Positions 40,721-51,713 of a DNA stretch of 64,000 nucleotides are shown here, one piece after another. Origin of the DNA: a bacterium (GTDB lineage Bacteria > SAR324 > NAC60-12); NCBI GenBank assembly GCA_965205865.1, contig CBDBHR010000026.1, positions 64,001 through 128,000 of the forward strand, in the 5' to 3' direction. A program made the translations under genes and the position numbers. Each line of letters opens with the position of its first letter. Positions within the stretch are counted from its first letter, which is position 1. The notes beneath the pieces are model-generated. The model was given only the letters and a program-made list of their open reading frames with translations, was not told the DNA's origin and did no database searches.

Positions 40721-41974
40721 TCAGGACGTAGTGATTTCTACCCGCAGACAATTGTAAGCCTCCCGCAAGGCATGTTCCACTGACTGAGGAGAAGGACCAC
40801 GACTAAAAATAAATCCCAGATAGCGGCTTCCGTAAGGCACGGGTTCCACAGGCTGCCCGGCAGGGATGGAAATCAAAACATCCTCGATTCCTGGGATCTC
40901 CCGAGCCTCTTCCAGACCAGTCACCCCTTGCAGGATTCCTTGTTCCGGCACTGGCAGCATCATCACGCCCGCCGCCTGATGATGACGTTGGACGGTCTGC
41001 ACTTCTTGTCCCAGAGCATGGAGTAAGATAAGTTCTTCCAGGGAAAGATTCCTGCTGAATTCCAAAACCCGGGAACACAATCCACCGATGGAGCGGGCGG
41101 CAATTTCGATCGGCCACACCCTTTCCCCGTCATAACGCAATTCTGCATGAACTGGTCCCTCCCGCAGCCCTAGAGCGCGAATCGCCTGTTGCGTGACATG
41201 AGCAATTTGCTCCTGAATATTTTCCGGCAACCGGGAAGGCGTGACATAGAGAGTTTCCACGAAAAACGGACCTTCCAGAGGATCAGGCTTGTCAAAAAGC
41301 GCAAGAATTTTCAATTCTCCCTTGGTCAGCAATCCTTCCAGGGATACTTCCTTACCAGGGATATATTCTTCCACCAGGATCTCTCGAACAGTTTCAAGAT
41401 GGAAAAGCGTTCCTGATTCCTGCTCGATTTCCGGATTCGAGAGCAAAGCCACAATCTGGTGAAAGGCCAGAGTGAATTCCGTGGAATTGTTGGCCCTGAT
41501 CACACCCCGGCTGGCAGAGAGAAAAGTGGGTTTCAACACGCAAGGATATTTAAGACGCTTGGCCCACTCCAGCGGATTCTCATCAATCGTGAGCAATTCA
41601 AAATGAGGGGATGGAATATTGGAAAATTGAAGCGCTTTTCGCATCAGGTACTTGTTTCGGGTGGCTTGCGCCGACTCTACGGAATTATGCGCCAGGGAGA
41701 GGGCTTCATTGGCCATTGCCGCCAAAATGACGGTTTTATCATCAATCCCGATCACGGCCTGAAAAGGTGATTCCTGCGCCATTTTCACCACCTGGGCCAC
41801 GGCTTTGCAGGGATCCTGAAAATCCAATACCAAGGTAGATCCCGGGGTCAATGGAGCCAGCGCCTGACTCTCGTCGGAAGCGACCACGACCTCCAGGCGG
41901 AGCCGTGCCGCCGCTTCCAAGAAGGCGCTAGCGCGATAAGTGGTGGTGGGAATGAGCAGCAATATGCGCGGCAT
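40721..41974 (-). CDS. ATP-grasp domain ligase
   Basis: TRNKYLMR, YPCVLKP..LSASRGVIRA, VEEYIPG.EVS.EG, HAELR, IEIAARSIGG. Confidence 0.9.
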   Translation of the reverse strand: MPRILLLIPTTTYRASAFLEAAARLRLEVVVASDESQALAPLTPGSTLVLDFQDPCKAVAQVVKMAQESPFQAVIGIDDKTVILAAMANEALSLAHNSVESAQATRNKYLMRKALQFSNIPSPHFELLTIDENPLEWAKRLKYPCVLKPTFLSASRGVIRANNSTEFTLAFHQIVALLSNPEIEQESGTLFHLETVREILVEEYIPGKEVSLEGLLTKGELKILALFDKPDPLEGPFFVETLYVTPSRLPENIQEQIAHVTQQAIRALGLREGPVHAELRYDGERVWPIEIAARSIGGLCSRVLEFSRNLSLEELILLHALGQEVQTVQRHHQAAGVMMLPVPEQGILQGVTGLEEAREIPGIEDVLISIPAGQPVEPVPYGSRYLGFIFSRGPSPQSVEHALREAYNCLRVEITTS

Positions 41975-42336
41975 AAAGCGTTTTATTTTATTCAATACCG
42001 ATTCGATCGTTTCCCGGTCTCGAGTGAAATAAAGCATCACGAATGCATTCCGCCGCAAAATGACGGAACGATCAGGGTCGCGGCAAACCGGGGAGAATGA
42101 GACATGCAGAGATCAACGCCAACATTATCAATATTTGCCCCTGGAGGCAAAAAAAATGAGATGCTATTTTTTCAAAGCGATTTTTCAAGCTTTATGTTAG
42201 AAATGTAAAAAGGATTGACCTGATACCGGATTTTTCAAGGCAATCTGCCATTCTCGGGGTACGAAAAAAACTCAAACCCGGAAAAATTCCTTGTCTTCAG
42301 TTTTTCTCCTCATCCCCGCCTTATCTGAAGGTACAT

Positions 42337-42532
42337 AACCTGAGTTCGACATAAATCTTCAATAATATGAGTATCCTAGTGTATATGTCATCCTCGCGAA
42401 AGCGGGGATCCAGATTTCAGTCTGGCTGTATACCTCTGGATTCCTGCTTTCGCAGGAATGACAAGGTTTCTCTAAGATATGAAAATTCCATAACATATTG
42501 AAATTATTAAATTATTATCTCGAACTCAGGTT
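42337..42532. mobile_element. 196-bp MITE-like element carrying a REP/RPE-like palindrome
   Basis: TIRs AACCTGAGTTCGACATAA / revcomp AACCTGAGTTCGAGATAA (17/18); ACAT on both sides; internal palindrome 42386-42463. Confidence 0.8.
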
Positions 42533-42558
42533 ACATTTAAAATTGCATAGGAATAACA

Positions 42559-42963
42559 ATGTCCGAAAAAATAGTGAAAAGTGAGGCGGAATGGCGGCAA
42601 CAACTGTCTCCCGAAGCCTTTAGAGTGTGCCGTAAAAAAGGGACGGAACAAGCTTTCAGTGGAATATATCATGATTGCAAGGAATCAGGCATTTACCGTT
42701 GCGCCTGCTGTGGCGCTGATTTGTTCTCCTCTGAAACGAAATTCGATTCCGGCACCGGATGGCCAAGCTTTTGGATGCCTCTGAATGAAGAAAAAATCGC
42801 TGTGGAAGACGATTACAGTCTTTTCATGAAACGAGTGGAAGTGCTATGCGCCCGTTGTGATGCGCACTTGGGACATGTTTTTGATGACGGACCTGCTCCT
42901 TCCTATAAAAGATACTGCTTGAATTCCGTGGCACTCGAACGAGTCGACCACGAAAAAGGATGA
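42559..42963 (+). CDS. msrB: Peptide-methionine (R)-S-oxide reductase
   Basis: KKGTE, CACC, KFDSGTGWPSF, HLGHVFDDGP, RYCLNS. Confidence 0.96.
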   Translation: MSEKIVKSEAEWRQQLSPEAFRVCRKKGTEQAFSGIYHDCKESGIYRCACCGADLFSSETKFDSGTGWPSFWMPLNEEKIAVEDDYSLFMKRVEVLCARCDAHLGHVFDDGPAPSYKRYCLNSVALERVDHEKG

Positions 42964-43599
42964 ATGGTGATGCCACTTGAGGAATATCAAAATATCGAGA
43001 TCATTGTCGAGTTGGATAAAGGACAGGATGTCAACGCCGTGGCTGAACAATTAGGCGTCTCTTCCCACTACATCCGCAGAGTAGCTGCCATCGCCGGTTT
43101 GGGCGCATTTGCAAAAAAGAAGATGTTGCGCAAAAAACGGCTTTCGGATGAGGACCACGATTGCATCCTGAATCGTATCATGGATGGAGAAGCGATTGAA
43201 TCCCTTGCGCACGAATTCGATGTTTCAGCCTCTACCATCCTGCAATGGTGTAAAAAAGAAGGCGTGGTCGCACCCCGCTCTCTACGTCATCTCTCCAAAA
43301 AAGAGTGTAGCGAAATCAGAGAGTTGCTGGCTGCCAACGAATCACCCAATGAAATCGCCACGGCCTACAATTTGTCCTTGACTGCAGTTGAACAATTGCT
43401 GGAGAAGGATTACAAACAATTGGACCCGGAGGCCCTGGGGTTTTTATATGAAACCTTGCTGGAAAATCCTGGCGCCAGGCTTTCCGCCATCAAACGACTC
43501 GTTCAAAAGGCGGGATTCGAGCTCAATGAAAGCATGATCCTTTCCTATCAATACCGACTCGGGCAGTTGGAAAGGATCGATCGTGAAAATGCAGAGTGA
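42964..43599 (+). CDS. Hypothetical protein with three tandem HTH-like repeats
   Basis: AVAEQLGVSS, SLAHEFDVSASTI, EIATAYNLSL, spaced ~54 aa apart. Confidence 0.65.
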   Translation: MVMPLEEYQNIEIIVELDKGQDVNAVAEQLGVSSHYIRRVAAIAGLGAFAKKKMLRKKRLSDEDHDCILNRIMDGEAIESLAHEFDVSASTILQWCKKEGVVAPRSLRHLSKKECSEIRELLAANESPNEIATAYNLSLTAVEQLLEKDYKQLDPEALGFLYETLLENPGARLSAIKRLVQKAGFELNESMILSYQYRLGQLERIDRENAE

Positions 43600-43771
43600 A
43601 TCAACAATTCTTGTTCAAACAAAAAAAGTGATATAGTGGAATTTTGTATGGGAATCAGAAGCGCTGCTGCGCAATTTATGCATACCTTCCGGATCATCCC
43701 CAAAAGACATTCTTGTCAATTGGAAAGAATCATGTTTTTAGAGAGAACGGTTCAACCAGAGTGGATATGTT

Positions 43772-45125
43772 ATGGTAACAGAACACTTTCCCGACCCTCC
43801 ATCGACGCGTGAGATACATACCGAAGAGGCCCTGAATTTAAGGCTTCTTCAGCAAAGCTTCGATGCTTTCAAGCAGGCCACCCTCAAGCTACAAGCATAT
43901 TATCATGGACTCGAGGAAAAGGCGGACGAACTCAATCGTGAATTGGTCCGCAAAAACAAAGAATTACAAATGAATTTGTTGGAAAAAGAACGGACACAAA
44001 GTTTTCTCAGCAATATATTCGCAAGTTTCGCGGTTGGATGTATCGTCACTGATTCTGGGGGAGTCGTCAATTATGTCAATCAGATGGGATTACAGCTCCT
44101 TGGCAGTCCCCTGGAAAAGTTGCATGGGGTTGAATTGAACGAAGTGTTTCAGCATCCTATCCTGCCACAAACACTCACAAGGGAGGAGTTGAGAATTTAT
44201 GACAATGCCAAAGAGCAGGAGTTGGACTTTCAGCAACCCAATGGCTTAAAAAAGCGACTACTGCTTTCCATTTCTTCGATGCGCAGTGAAGCGGAGGAGA
44301 TTTCAGGAATCATTGTCAAGGCTGCAGGATATTTCAGACATGAAAAAACTGGAGGCAGAGGCTGAGCGAAAAAACCGCTTGACCGGGATGGGAGAAATGG
44401 GAGCCACCATTGCCCACAAAATTCGCAATCCTTTGGGCAGTATCGAGCTTTTTTCCGCCTTGCTGAAAAAAGATTTAGACCCGGAAGCCCCTCAACAACA
44501 GCTGATTGAGCACATTGCTTCGGCCACGCAAAGTATGAATCACGTTATCTCCAATATCCTGGAATACACCAAACCGCATCCGATTGCAGAAGAAAAAACG
44601 ATTGACATCCATCACTTGCTCAGAGAAACCTTGGAATTGTCGAGGCATGCGATTCCCGACCACCATGTTCGCATCCTCACCCAATTGGAAGCCACCGCCA
44701 GTCAGATCAAAGGTGACAGCGAGCTATTGAAACAAGTATTTTTCAATTTAATCTCCAATGCCCTTCAAGCAATTCTTGATAAAACAGAGTATAAACCCGG
44801 TGAAATCCGTATCAGAACCCGGAATAACCGGACCAATAACGAAAAAATCTTGAAGCGTTTCAATGGAGTTTGGGGAAGAGATCGGAACGTCCGTCGCGAA
44901 AATCTGCACTTGATTGAAATCTGTATTCAGGATAGTGGAATAGGAATGGCTCCCGAGGTCAGGCGAAAAATTTTCAGTCCTTTTTTTACAACCAAGGAAC
45001 ACGGAATAGGCTTGGGATTGGCCACGGCGTATAATATCGTCGAGTCCCACGGCGCAGTGCTCGACGTGGAAAGCGAAGTCGATAAAGGGACGCAAATGAC
45101 TTTACTCTTTCCCGTTGCGGAATGA
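43772..45125 (+). pseudogene. PAS sensor histidine kinase (FlgS/FleS/AtoS-like), frameshifted at ~44321
   Basis: Removing one G joins IIVK-LQDISDMKKLE; H-box AHKIRNPL, FNLISNALQA, DSGIG, FFTTK..G.GLGL. Confidence 0.85.
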
Positions 45126-45234
45126 AGGAAACCAAACCTCGTATCATTGCAAATCAAAGAAAATTGTCGAATTGTCGGACGCAGGGAACATCGGATGTTC
45201 GCTTTCAAAGTAAAGTTCTGAATAAGGAAATGGC

Positions 45235-46653
45235 ATGCAACCTATACTGATTGTTGATGACGAAGTGGAAATGCGAATCGCCATGTCGGAGACGCTGAAA
45301 CACTGTGGTTACTCCGTAGAGCTTTCTCACAATGCTCTGGATGCGATCAAGAAATTCAAAAACCATGGTTACTCCCTGATCATCACTGATATGACCATGC
45401 CCAAGCGCAGTGGCTTGGAATTATTGAAAGATATCAAAGCCATTGATCCCCTCAAACCTGTCATCATGGTGACCGCCTATGGCACGATTGAAACGGCGGT
45501 GGAAGCAATGAAACAGGGTGCATTCGACTATATCGTCAAACCCTTCAATTTTGATACCTTCACCTTCGTGGTGGAGCGAGCTCTCACTTTCAAACCGGAA
45601 CACGGTACTTTAGAGTCACTGAAATCACCGGATAGCGATGCAAAATGGGAAATCGTCACACAGAACGAAAATATGATGAAGTTACTGAAAGTGGCTAAAA
45701 ATGTGGCTCGCAGCAAAGCGACGGTCATGATTCAAAGTGAGAGTGGTACCGGAAAAGAGTTGTTGGCTCACTACATCCATCAACATTCCGAACGGGTGAG
45801 CCGGTCGTTCGTCCCGATCAATTGCGCGGCCCTTCCTGATACTTTATTGGAAAGTGAATTATTCGGCTACAAAAAAGGGGCGTTTACAGGCGCCCATCAA
45901 GATCACCGTGGTAAGTTTGAACAAGGCAATGGGGGTACGATCCTGCTCGATGAAATCAGTGAAATGGCCTTGCCTTTGCAGGCCAAACTGCTCCGCGTGC
46001 TTCAAGAGCATGAAGTGGACAAAGTGGGTGGCAAAGAACCCATTCCCATCGATGTGCGGGTAGTGGCAACGACCAACCGCAATATCTTGAAGCTGGTGGA
46101 GGAGGGAAAATTCCGGGAAGATCTTTACTTTCGCTTAAACGTCATTCCCTTGAGCCTACCGCCTTTACGGGATCGAAAAGACGACATTCCGTCCCTGGTT
46201 AATCATTTTCTGGCCAAGCATGCCAAATTGAACAATCGTTCCCAACCGCAAATAACCGATGAAACCTTGAATGTCTTGATGAATTACAATTGGCGGGGCA
46301 ATGTCCGCGAGTTGGAAAATGTGATCGAGCGGGCGCTGCTGCTTGCCGACGGGGAAAGTGTACAACCCACCAATCTTATGATGCATTCAAGCGAGGATTC
46401 GCAGTTCTTTAACGAAGAACCGTTCACTGCTGCTGCTTTACAAAGTGAATCTGTTTCGGAAACAATGAAAATTGAAGTGGGTATGTCTATGAGAGAAGCG
46501 GAAAAGAAATTGATTTTTGAAACACTTAAAACGACCAGTGGCAATCGGACGCACGCCGCCAAGATTTTGGGTATCAGCATCCGCACGCTGAGGAACAAAT
46601 TGAATGAATACCGCGTGGAAGGGGAAACCTCCCAATTCCAAACAGAAAACTGA
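45235..46653 (+). CDS. Sigma54-dependent response regulator (FlgR/FleR/NtrC-like)
   Basis: Receiver domain; ESGTGKE, GAFTGA, FREDLYFRLNV, Fis-type HTH GISIRTLRNKL. Confidence 0.95.
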   Translation: MQPILIVDDEVEMRIAMSETLKHCGYSVELSHNALDAIKKFKNHGYSLIITDMTMPKRSGLELLKDIKAIDPLKPVIMVTAYGTIETAVEAMKQGAFDYIVKPFNFDTFTFVVERALTFKPEHGTLESLKSPDSDAKWEIVTQNENMMKLLKVAKNVARSKATVMIQSESGTGKELLAHYIHQHSERVSRSFVPINCAALPDTLLESELFGYKKGAFTGAHQDHRGKFEQGNGGTILLDEISEMALPLQAKLLRVLQEHEVDKVGGKEPIPIDVRVVATTNRNILKLVEEGKFREDLYFRLNVIPLSLPPLRDRKDDIPSLVNHFLAKHAKLNNRSQPQITDETLNVLMNYNWRGNVRELENVIERALLLADGESVQPTNLMMHSSEDSQFFNEEPFTAAALQSESVSETMKIEVGMSMREAEKKLIFETLKTTSGNRTHAAKILGISIRTLRNKLNEYRVEGETSQFQTEN

Positions 46654-46787
46654 ACCCATCCAAATTTTACCAGAGACCTCAAGAAATAAAATAGTCAGGC
46701 CAGGCCGGAATAACACCTGTATTCTGGGAACCCCGCCCACTCTACCGGCAAGACGACAATGAAGAATGTCCATAAATATATTCATCT

Positions 46788-47345
46788 TCAGGGAAAGGAA
46801 ATATTTTTCATATTACGCAGAAAATAACTCTTGGTTGTGGAAAAATCTTTGTGCCCCAAGAGTTTTTGAACTTGACGCCATTCTTCTCGCGACGAGGGAT
46901 TGATTCGCTTGTAGACATTGACCGCGTAAGTCCAGCGAATGCGTTCGGCATTGACTTGAATATTCATACTCCGGCTCAGTTCACGGAAGAACCATGTGAC
47001 TGTTCCTCCCAGCATCCGCTTGCTTGTTTTCTGGAATACCCAACGTGAAGGTGAACGCAAATCCAGAAGAAGGCCAAAAAGGGTTTCATTGATCGGAATT
47101 CTGCGGGCATGACGATCACGACGGTGGGGAGACTTGGGGTTGGGCACCTTGATTTCCCGATTTTTCCACATATCCACGTCATGCCAGGTCAAAGCCAAAA
47201 TTTCATATCGTCGCATACCCGTTTGCAGGGCGAAAATGAAGTAATGAAAATACCACTTGTCTTTCTTCAATATCGCATCACTTATTTTTTCTATATCCTT
47301 TTCACTGAGAGGTTCCACCAGAGGTCTTGGCAATTCTTTGTTCAT
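46788..47345 (-). CDS. Tyrosine recombinase catalytic-domain-only protein, degenerate
   Basis: ALQTGMRRYEILALTW.DVD, VQKLLGHKDFSTT.SY; HxxRH replaced by ERIRW. Confidence 0.75.
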   Translation of the reverse strand: MNKELPRPLVEPLSEKDIEKISDAILKKDKWYFHYFIFALQTGMRRYEILALTWHDVDMWKNREIKVPNPKSPHRRDRHARRIPINETLFGLLLDLRSPSRWVFQKTSKRMLGGTVTWFFRELSRSMNIQVNAERIRWTYAVNVYKRINPSSREEWRQVQKLLGHKDFSTTKSYFLRNMKNISFP

Positions 47346-47676
47346 GTCATCCCTTTAAAATTGATGTTACGGGCACACTACTTGCTCAAAATGAATTTTT
47401 CAAGCAAGAGTCGTATCAAAAGAATACTCTCTGGCAAAATCCATCCACCTAAAATGAGTTGAAAAATTGAAATCGTAAGCTAAGCTCCAATGAAAAAAAT
47501 TCAGCCCTGAATGAGAGAAAACAATATCCTTCCTTCTTCCTCGTAGTCAAGAAAAAAGGGGAAATTCGAGATGGGTTCGGATGTGAAATTGATCTTTTAC
47601 TCTCAGGACGAATCAGTCGAAGTTCGTCATTGGAAAATCTTGTTGGTTTTTCCGGTAGGGGCTATTAAAATGAACA

Positions 47677-48948
47677 ATGCTGACAAAAGATTTGTTGCGT
47701 CATACCATCCAAGAAGACCGAATCCTCCCCTCGCTGATCGATCCGGCTGATCCTGCCATGCTCGGTTGCGCCCAACAACTGCTGGAAGTGTTTGAAGCCG
47801 GTAAAGGCAAAACGCGGCAGGCATTGCTGGAAGAAAGCAAAGAGCTCATTGATCGTTCTCCCGGAGACGCTGTCGTCACTCGAGGATTGGAAAAACTACT
47901 GCTTGATCATACCCAATTCGATACCACCATCGATACCGCTTTGATGGTTTTACGGGAGAATCTTTTCCGTCACGCGAGCCGTCTTTTATCCAAGCAAAAA
48001 TTCGTGGATTTACCGGCATACCATGAATCAATTCAAGACACGTTTCAACAATTCCCCGATCAGCGAAACGCCACCCACTTGAGCCATCAATTGTATGCGG
48101 ACTTGCCCCCTTACCAGCAGGTTCTCCATTTCAAATCCTTTTCTCCGGAAAATTTGCTGCATCGCTACAATTGTGCTCAGATTCAGGGATTGTTGCTGCG
48201 CTGTAATCGCTTACTCCTGCGTATCGCAGACAAGGATCCCGTACTTCTACGGCAATTGTGCAAGTACTTGCGCTTTTATCAACTCTTGGCCGATATCACC
48301 CAGGAACCAGAAGGGGACTACCGCATCATCATCGATGGTCCACTCGACCTCTTCCTGCAAACCCAAAAATACGGATTCAATCTAGCCAACTTTTTCCCGG
48401 CAATCCTCCATCAACCCCAATGGCAACTCCAAGCCCGCATCCGGCTTGGCAAGCGGAAACAATATCTGCTGCAGCTCGATGAATCCTGCAAAATTCGCTC
48501 ACATTACCGGCAATTTTTTGCTTACGTTCCTCAGGAAATCGACATGTTCCAAAAATCGTTCCGGCAAAAATCGAAAACCTGGAACGTGGAACCTGCTAAA
48601 CAATTCCTGCCTCTGGCAGGCGAATACTACTGCTTTCCCGATTTCCTGCTGAAACACCCATGCGGAACAGAGGTCTCCATGGAATTGTTTCATACCTGGC
48701 ACGCCTCCCATCTGACGGCCCGGCTTCAGCGGTTGGAAAAAGTGCGGCCTGACGAAGCCGGGGTTTTTCCGTTGATTATCGGGGTGGCCAAGAGTTTGCT
48801 CAAAGACCCCATGGTGGCGCAAGCCGTGGACCGGTCCGGACACTTCACACGGGCAGGTTTCGTTTTTCGGGAAATGCCTCCAGCCGACAAAGTGCTTTTG
48901 CTTTTAGAACAATTTGTTGACAATATGCCGCTTTTCTCTCAAAAATAA
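47677..48948 (+). CDS. DUF790 family (Bax1-like) predicted nuclease
   Basis: MLTKDLL, LYADL, LLHRYN.AQIQGLL, IDGPL.LF..TQKYG..LA.FFP, FPDF..ELF. Confidence 0.8.
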   Translation: MLTKDLLRHTIQEDRILPSLIDPADPAMLGCAQQLLEVFEAGKGKTRQALLEESKELIDRSPGDAVVTRGLEKLLLDHTQFDTTIDTALMVLRENLFRHASRLLSKQKFVDLPAYHESIQDTFQQFPDQRNATHLSHQLYADLPPYQQVLHFKSFSPENLLHRYNCAQIQGLLLRCNRLLLRIADKDPVLLRQLCKYLRFYQLLADITQEPEGDYRIIIDGPLDLFLQTQKYGFNLANFFPAILHQPQWQLQARIRLGKRKQYLLQLDESCKIRSHYRQFFAYVPQEIDMFQKSFRQKSKTWNVEPAKQFLPLAGEYYCFPDFLLKHPCGTEVSMELFHTWHASHLTARLQRLEKVRPDEAGVFPLIIGVAKSLLKDPMVAQAVDRSGHFTRAGFVFREMPPADKVLLLLEQFVDNMPLFSQK

Positions 48949-48977
48949 GAGATCACTGAATTTCATATCCCCCCAAA

Positions 48978-51710
48978 ATGAGAAAAATCATGGCAGACAA
49001 TAAATTTGGAACCCGTCGCGCATTTGAAACAGGTAGTGGTTCCGCCGACTTATTCCATCTGAACCAACTGGAAAAAGATGGAGTCGGTCCCATCGGCAAG
49101 CTTCCCTTTTCAATAAAAATTCTTCTTGAGCAGGCTTTGAGGAATCTGGACAATTTCCAAGTCAACGAAAAAGACATCCTGGCACTGGCAAATTGGGCAG
49201 TGAGCCAAGGCGATGGTTCCCGGCAGGAACGGGAAATCCCTTTCAAACCAACCCGGGTGATTCTGCAGGACTTCACCGGAGTACCCACCGTAGTGGATTT
49301 GGCGGCCCTGCGTTCTGCCATGGTCGAGATGGGGGGAGACCCTGCCCTCATCAACCCTCGAGTTCCCGTGGACCTGGTGATCGACCATTCCGTGCAAGTA
49401 GATCAATACGGCACAGCGCAATCCCTGGAAAAAAACATGGATATCGAATTCAAGCGCAATAAAGAGCGTTACGAATTCCTCAAATGGGGCCAACAGGCAT
49501 TCAAGAATTTTCGCGTCATTCCACCAGGGATAGGTATCATCCATCAAGTCAATTTGGAATTCCTGGCAAGCGTGGTCCATTTGCGCGATGGCATTTGTTT
49601 CCCGGATACCGTAGTGGGAACCGACTCCCACACTACTATGATCAATGGTGCCGGAGTGATGGGATGGGGAGTGGGTGGTATCGAAGCGGAATCGGCCATG
49701 TTGGGACAACCCATCTACATGCGCATCCCCCAAGTACTTGGTTTCAAACTCTATGGTTCTCTCAATCCCGGTACCACGGCTACGGATCTCGTTTTGAAGG
49801 TAGTGCAAATGCTTCGTGAAAAAGGAGTTGTTGAAAAATTCGTGGAGTTTTATGGTGCCGGACTTTCCAACTTGAGTTTGGCGGATCGAGCGACCTTGGC
49901 TAATATGGCCCCGGAATATGGAGCCACCATGGGCTTTTTCCCCGTGGATAGTGAAACACTGAAATATTTAAAGGGTACCGGTCGTTCCGAGGAAATTGCG
50001 CAACGGGCGGAACGCTATTGCAAGGAACAAGGGTTGTATCGCACGGATGCGACTCCCGATCCAACCTATAGCGACCTGCTCGAACTGGACCTCGCCACTG
50101 TAGAACCTGCCTTGGCAGGTCCAAAACGTCCACAAGACCGTATCAATCTTTCCGAGATGAAATCCAGCTGGCGCCAGTCCATGCAGGCGCCCTTCAAAGA
50201 ACGGGGTTTTGCCCTGAATGACCAAGCCATCCTGACAGAAAGTCCCATCTCCTGGGAACGAGGTGGCACTTTGAAACAGGGTTCTATTGTAATTGCCGCT
50301 ATCACCTCCTGCACCAATACGAGCAATCCATCCGTACTCATCGCTGCCGGAATACTGGCCAAAAAAGCGGTCATTCGGGGGTTGACCACCAAATCCTGGG
50401 TTAAAACTTCGTTGGCACCCGGATCTCGAGTGGTGACGGACTATCTGAACAAATCAGGACTTTCCGCATATCTGGAGCAGCTGGGCTTTTACACGGTCGG
50501 TTACGGGTGCACTACCTGCATCGGCAATTCCGGCCCTCTGGCGGAAGCGATTGTTGCGTCCATCAATGACAAAGAACTGGTGGTCGCTTCCGTCCTTTCG
50601 GGAAATCGCAACTTTGAGGGACGAATCAGCCCACACGTCAAGGCGAATTTTCTGGCCAGCCCCCCCTTGGTGGTCGCTTATGCCATTGCCGGAACAGTGG
50701 ACATTGACCTGCGAAAGGAACCCATTGGCGTGGATTCCAATGGCCAGGAAGTCAAATTGGAGGAAATTTGGCCCAGCCCGGAAGAAATCGCAGAGGTCAT
50801 GAAGCTGATCACTCCACAAATGTACCGGCAGCGTTATGAGCAAGTGCAAAACAGTTCTGAAATGTGGAATCGCATCGAAAGCAAATCCGGAGCAGTTTAT
50901 TCATGGGACAACGCTTCCACTTATATCCGGAATCCACCATTCTTCATGAATATGTCGCTGGAGGCCACTCCTATACGGAATATTTCCGGGGCGAATACCT
51001 TGATCAAATTGGGAGATTCCGTGACCACGGACCATATTTCTCCTGCCGGTGCTTTTACTTCCGAACACCCTGCCGGGCGATATCTGATTGAAAAAGGAGT
51101 TGCACCTGAAGATTTCAATTCTTATGGTTCGCGACGCGGGAATGACCAGGTGATGACTCGCGGCACCTTTGCCAATGTGCGCATCCGCAATCAGATGCTG
51201 CGCGACATGGAAGGAGGTTATACGATCCATTTGCCCAGCGGAGAGCAAATGTCGGTGTACGATGCCGCCATCAAATACCAACAGCAGAATATTCCTTTGA
51301 TTGTCATTGCAGGCGCGGAATATGGTGCCGGCTCCTCACGAGATTGGGCTGCCAAAGGTACATTCCTACTGGGAATCAAAGTCGTGTTGGTTTCCAGCTA
51401 CGAGCGCATTCATCGCTCCAACCTGATTGGCATGGGAGTCCTACCCTTGCAATTCAAAGAGGGTAAAGATGCGGAAGATTATGGACTCACCGGCAAAGAG
51501 AATTTTTCCGTCGTCGGCTTCAGTGATAATATTCAACCGATGCAGGAATTGATTGTTAAAGCCGATGATCAGGAAATTCCAGTGATTTGCCGTTTGGACA
51601 CCGCCGTTGAGATCGAATACTATAAAAACGGAGGAATCCTCCACACTGTTTTGCGTCATTTTCTCCGCAATCACCAACGGTACGACAAAGGGGAAGTACC
51701 CGCACATTGA
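48978..51710 (+). CDS. acnA: Aconitate hydratase A
   Basis: [64 protein letters not shown]. Confidence 0.97.
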   Translation: MRKIMADNKFGTRRAFETGSGSADLFHLNQLEKDGVGPIGKLPFSIKILLEQALRNLDNFQVNEKDILALANWAVSQGDGSRQEREIPFKPTRVILQDFTGVPTVVDLAALRSAMVEMGGDPALINPRVPVDLVIDHSVQVDQYGTAQSLEKNMDIEFKRNKERYEFLKWGQQAFKNFRVIPPGIGIIHQVNLEFLASVVHLRDGICFPDTVVGTDSHTTMINGAGVMGWGVGGIEAESAMLGQPIYMRIPQVLGFKLYGSLNPGTTATDLVLKVVQMLREKGVVEKFVEFYGAGLSNLSLADRATLANMAPEYGATMGFFPVDSETLKYLKGTGRSEEIAQRAERYCKEQGLYRTDATPDPTYSDLLELDLATVEPALAGPKRPQDRINLSEMKSSWRQSMQAPFKERGFALNDQAILTESPISWERGGTLKQGSIVIAAITSCTNTSNPSVLIAAGILAKKAVIRGLTTKSWVKTSLAPGSRVVTDYLNKSGLSAYLEQLGFYTVGYGCTTCIGNSGPLAEAIVASINDKELVVASVLSGNRNFEGRISPHVKANFLASPPLVVAYAIAGTVDIDLRKEPIGVDSNGQEVKLEEIWPSPEEIAEVMKLITPQMYRQRYEQVQNSSEMWNRIESKSGAVYSWDNASTYIRNPPFFMNMSLEATPIRNISGANTLIKLGDSVTTDHISPAGAFTSEHPAGRYLIEKGVAPEDFNSYGSRRGNDQVMTRGTFANVRIRNQMLRDMEGGYTIHLPSGEQMSVYDAAIKYQQQNIPLIVIAGAEYGAGSSRDWAAKGTFLLGIKVVLVSSYERIHRSNLIGMGVLPLQFKEGKDAEDYGLTGKENFSVVGFSDNIQPMQELIVKADDQEIPVICRLDTAVEIEYYKNGGILHTVLRHFLRNHQRYDKGEVPAH

Positions 51711-51713
51711 GAT

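Noticed and set aside
41988-42104. Small TGA-containing ORF upstream of the ATP-grasp gene as a precursor peptide
   Set aside because: No clear RBS, SECIS or leader-core pattern; cannot be supported from sequence alone
42961-42966. Sec read-through fusing msrB to the in-frame downstream ORF
   Set aside because: MsrB is complete before the TGA, the position is not a Cys site, and no SECIS-like hairpin follows
46788-47345. Prophage or ICE boundary
   Set aside because: No tRNA, att repeat, phage or conjugation genes nearby
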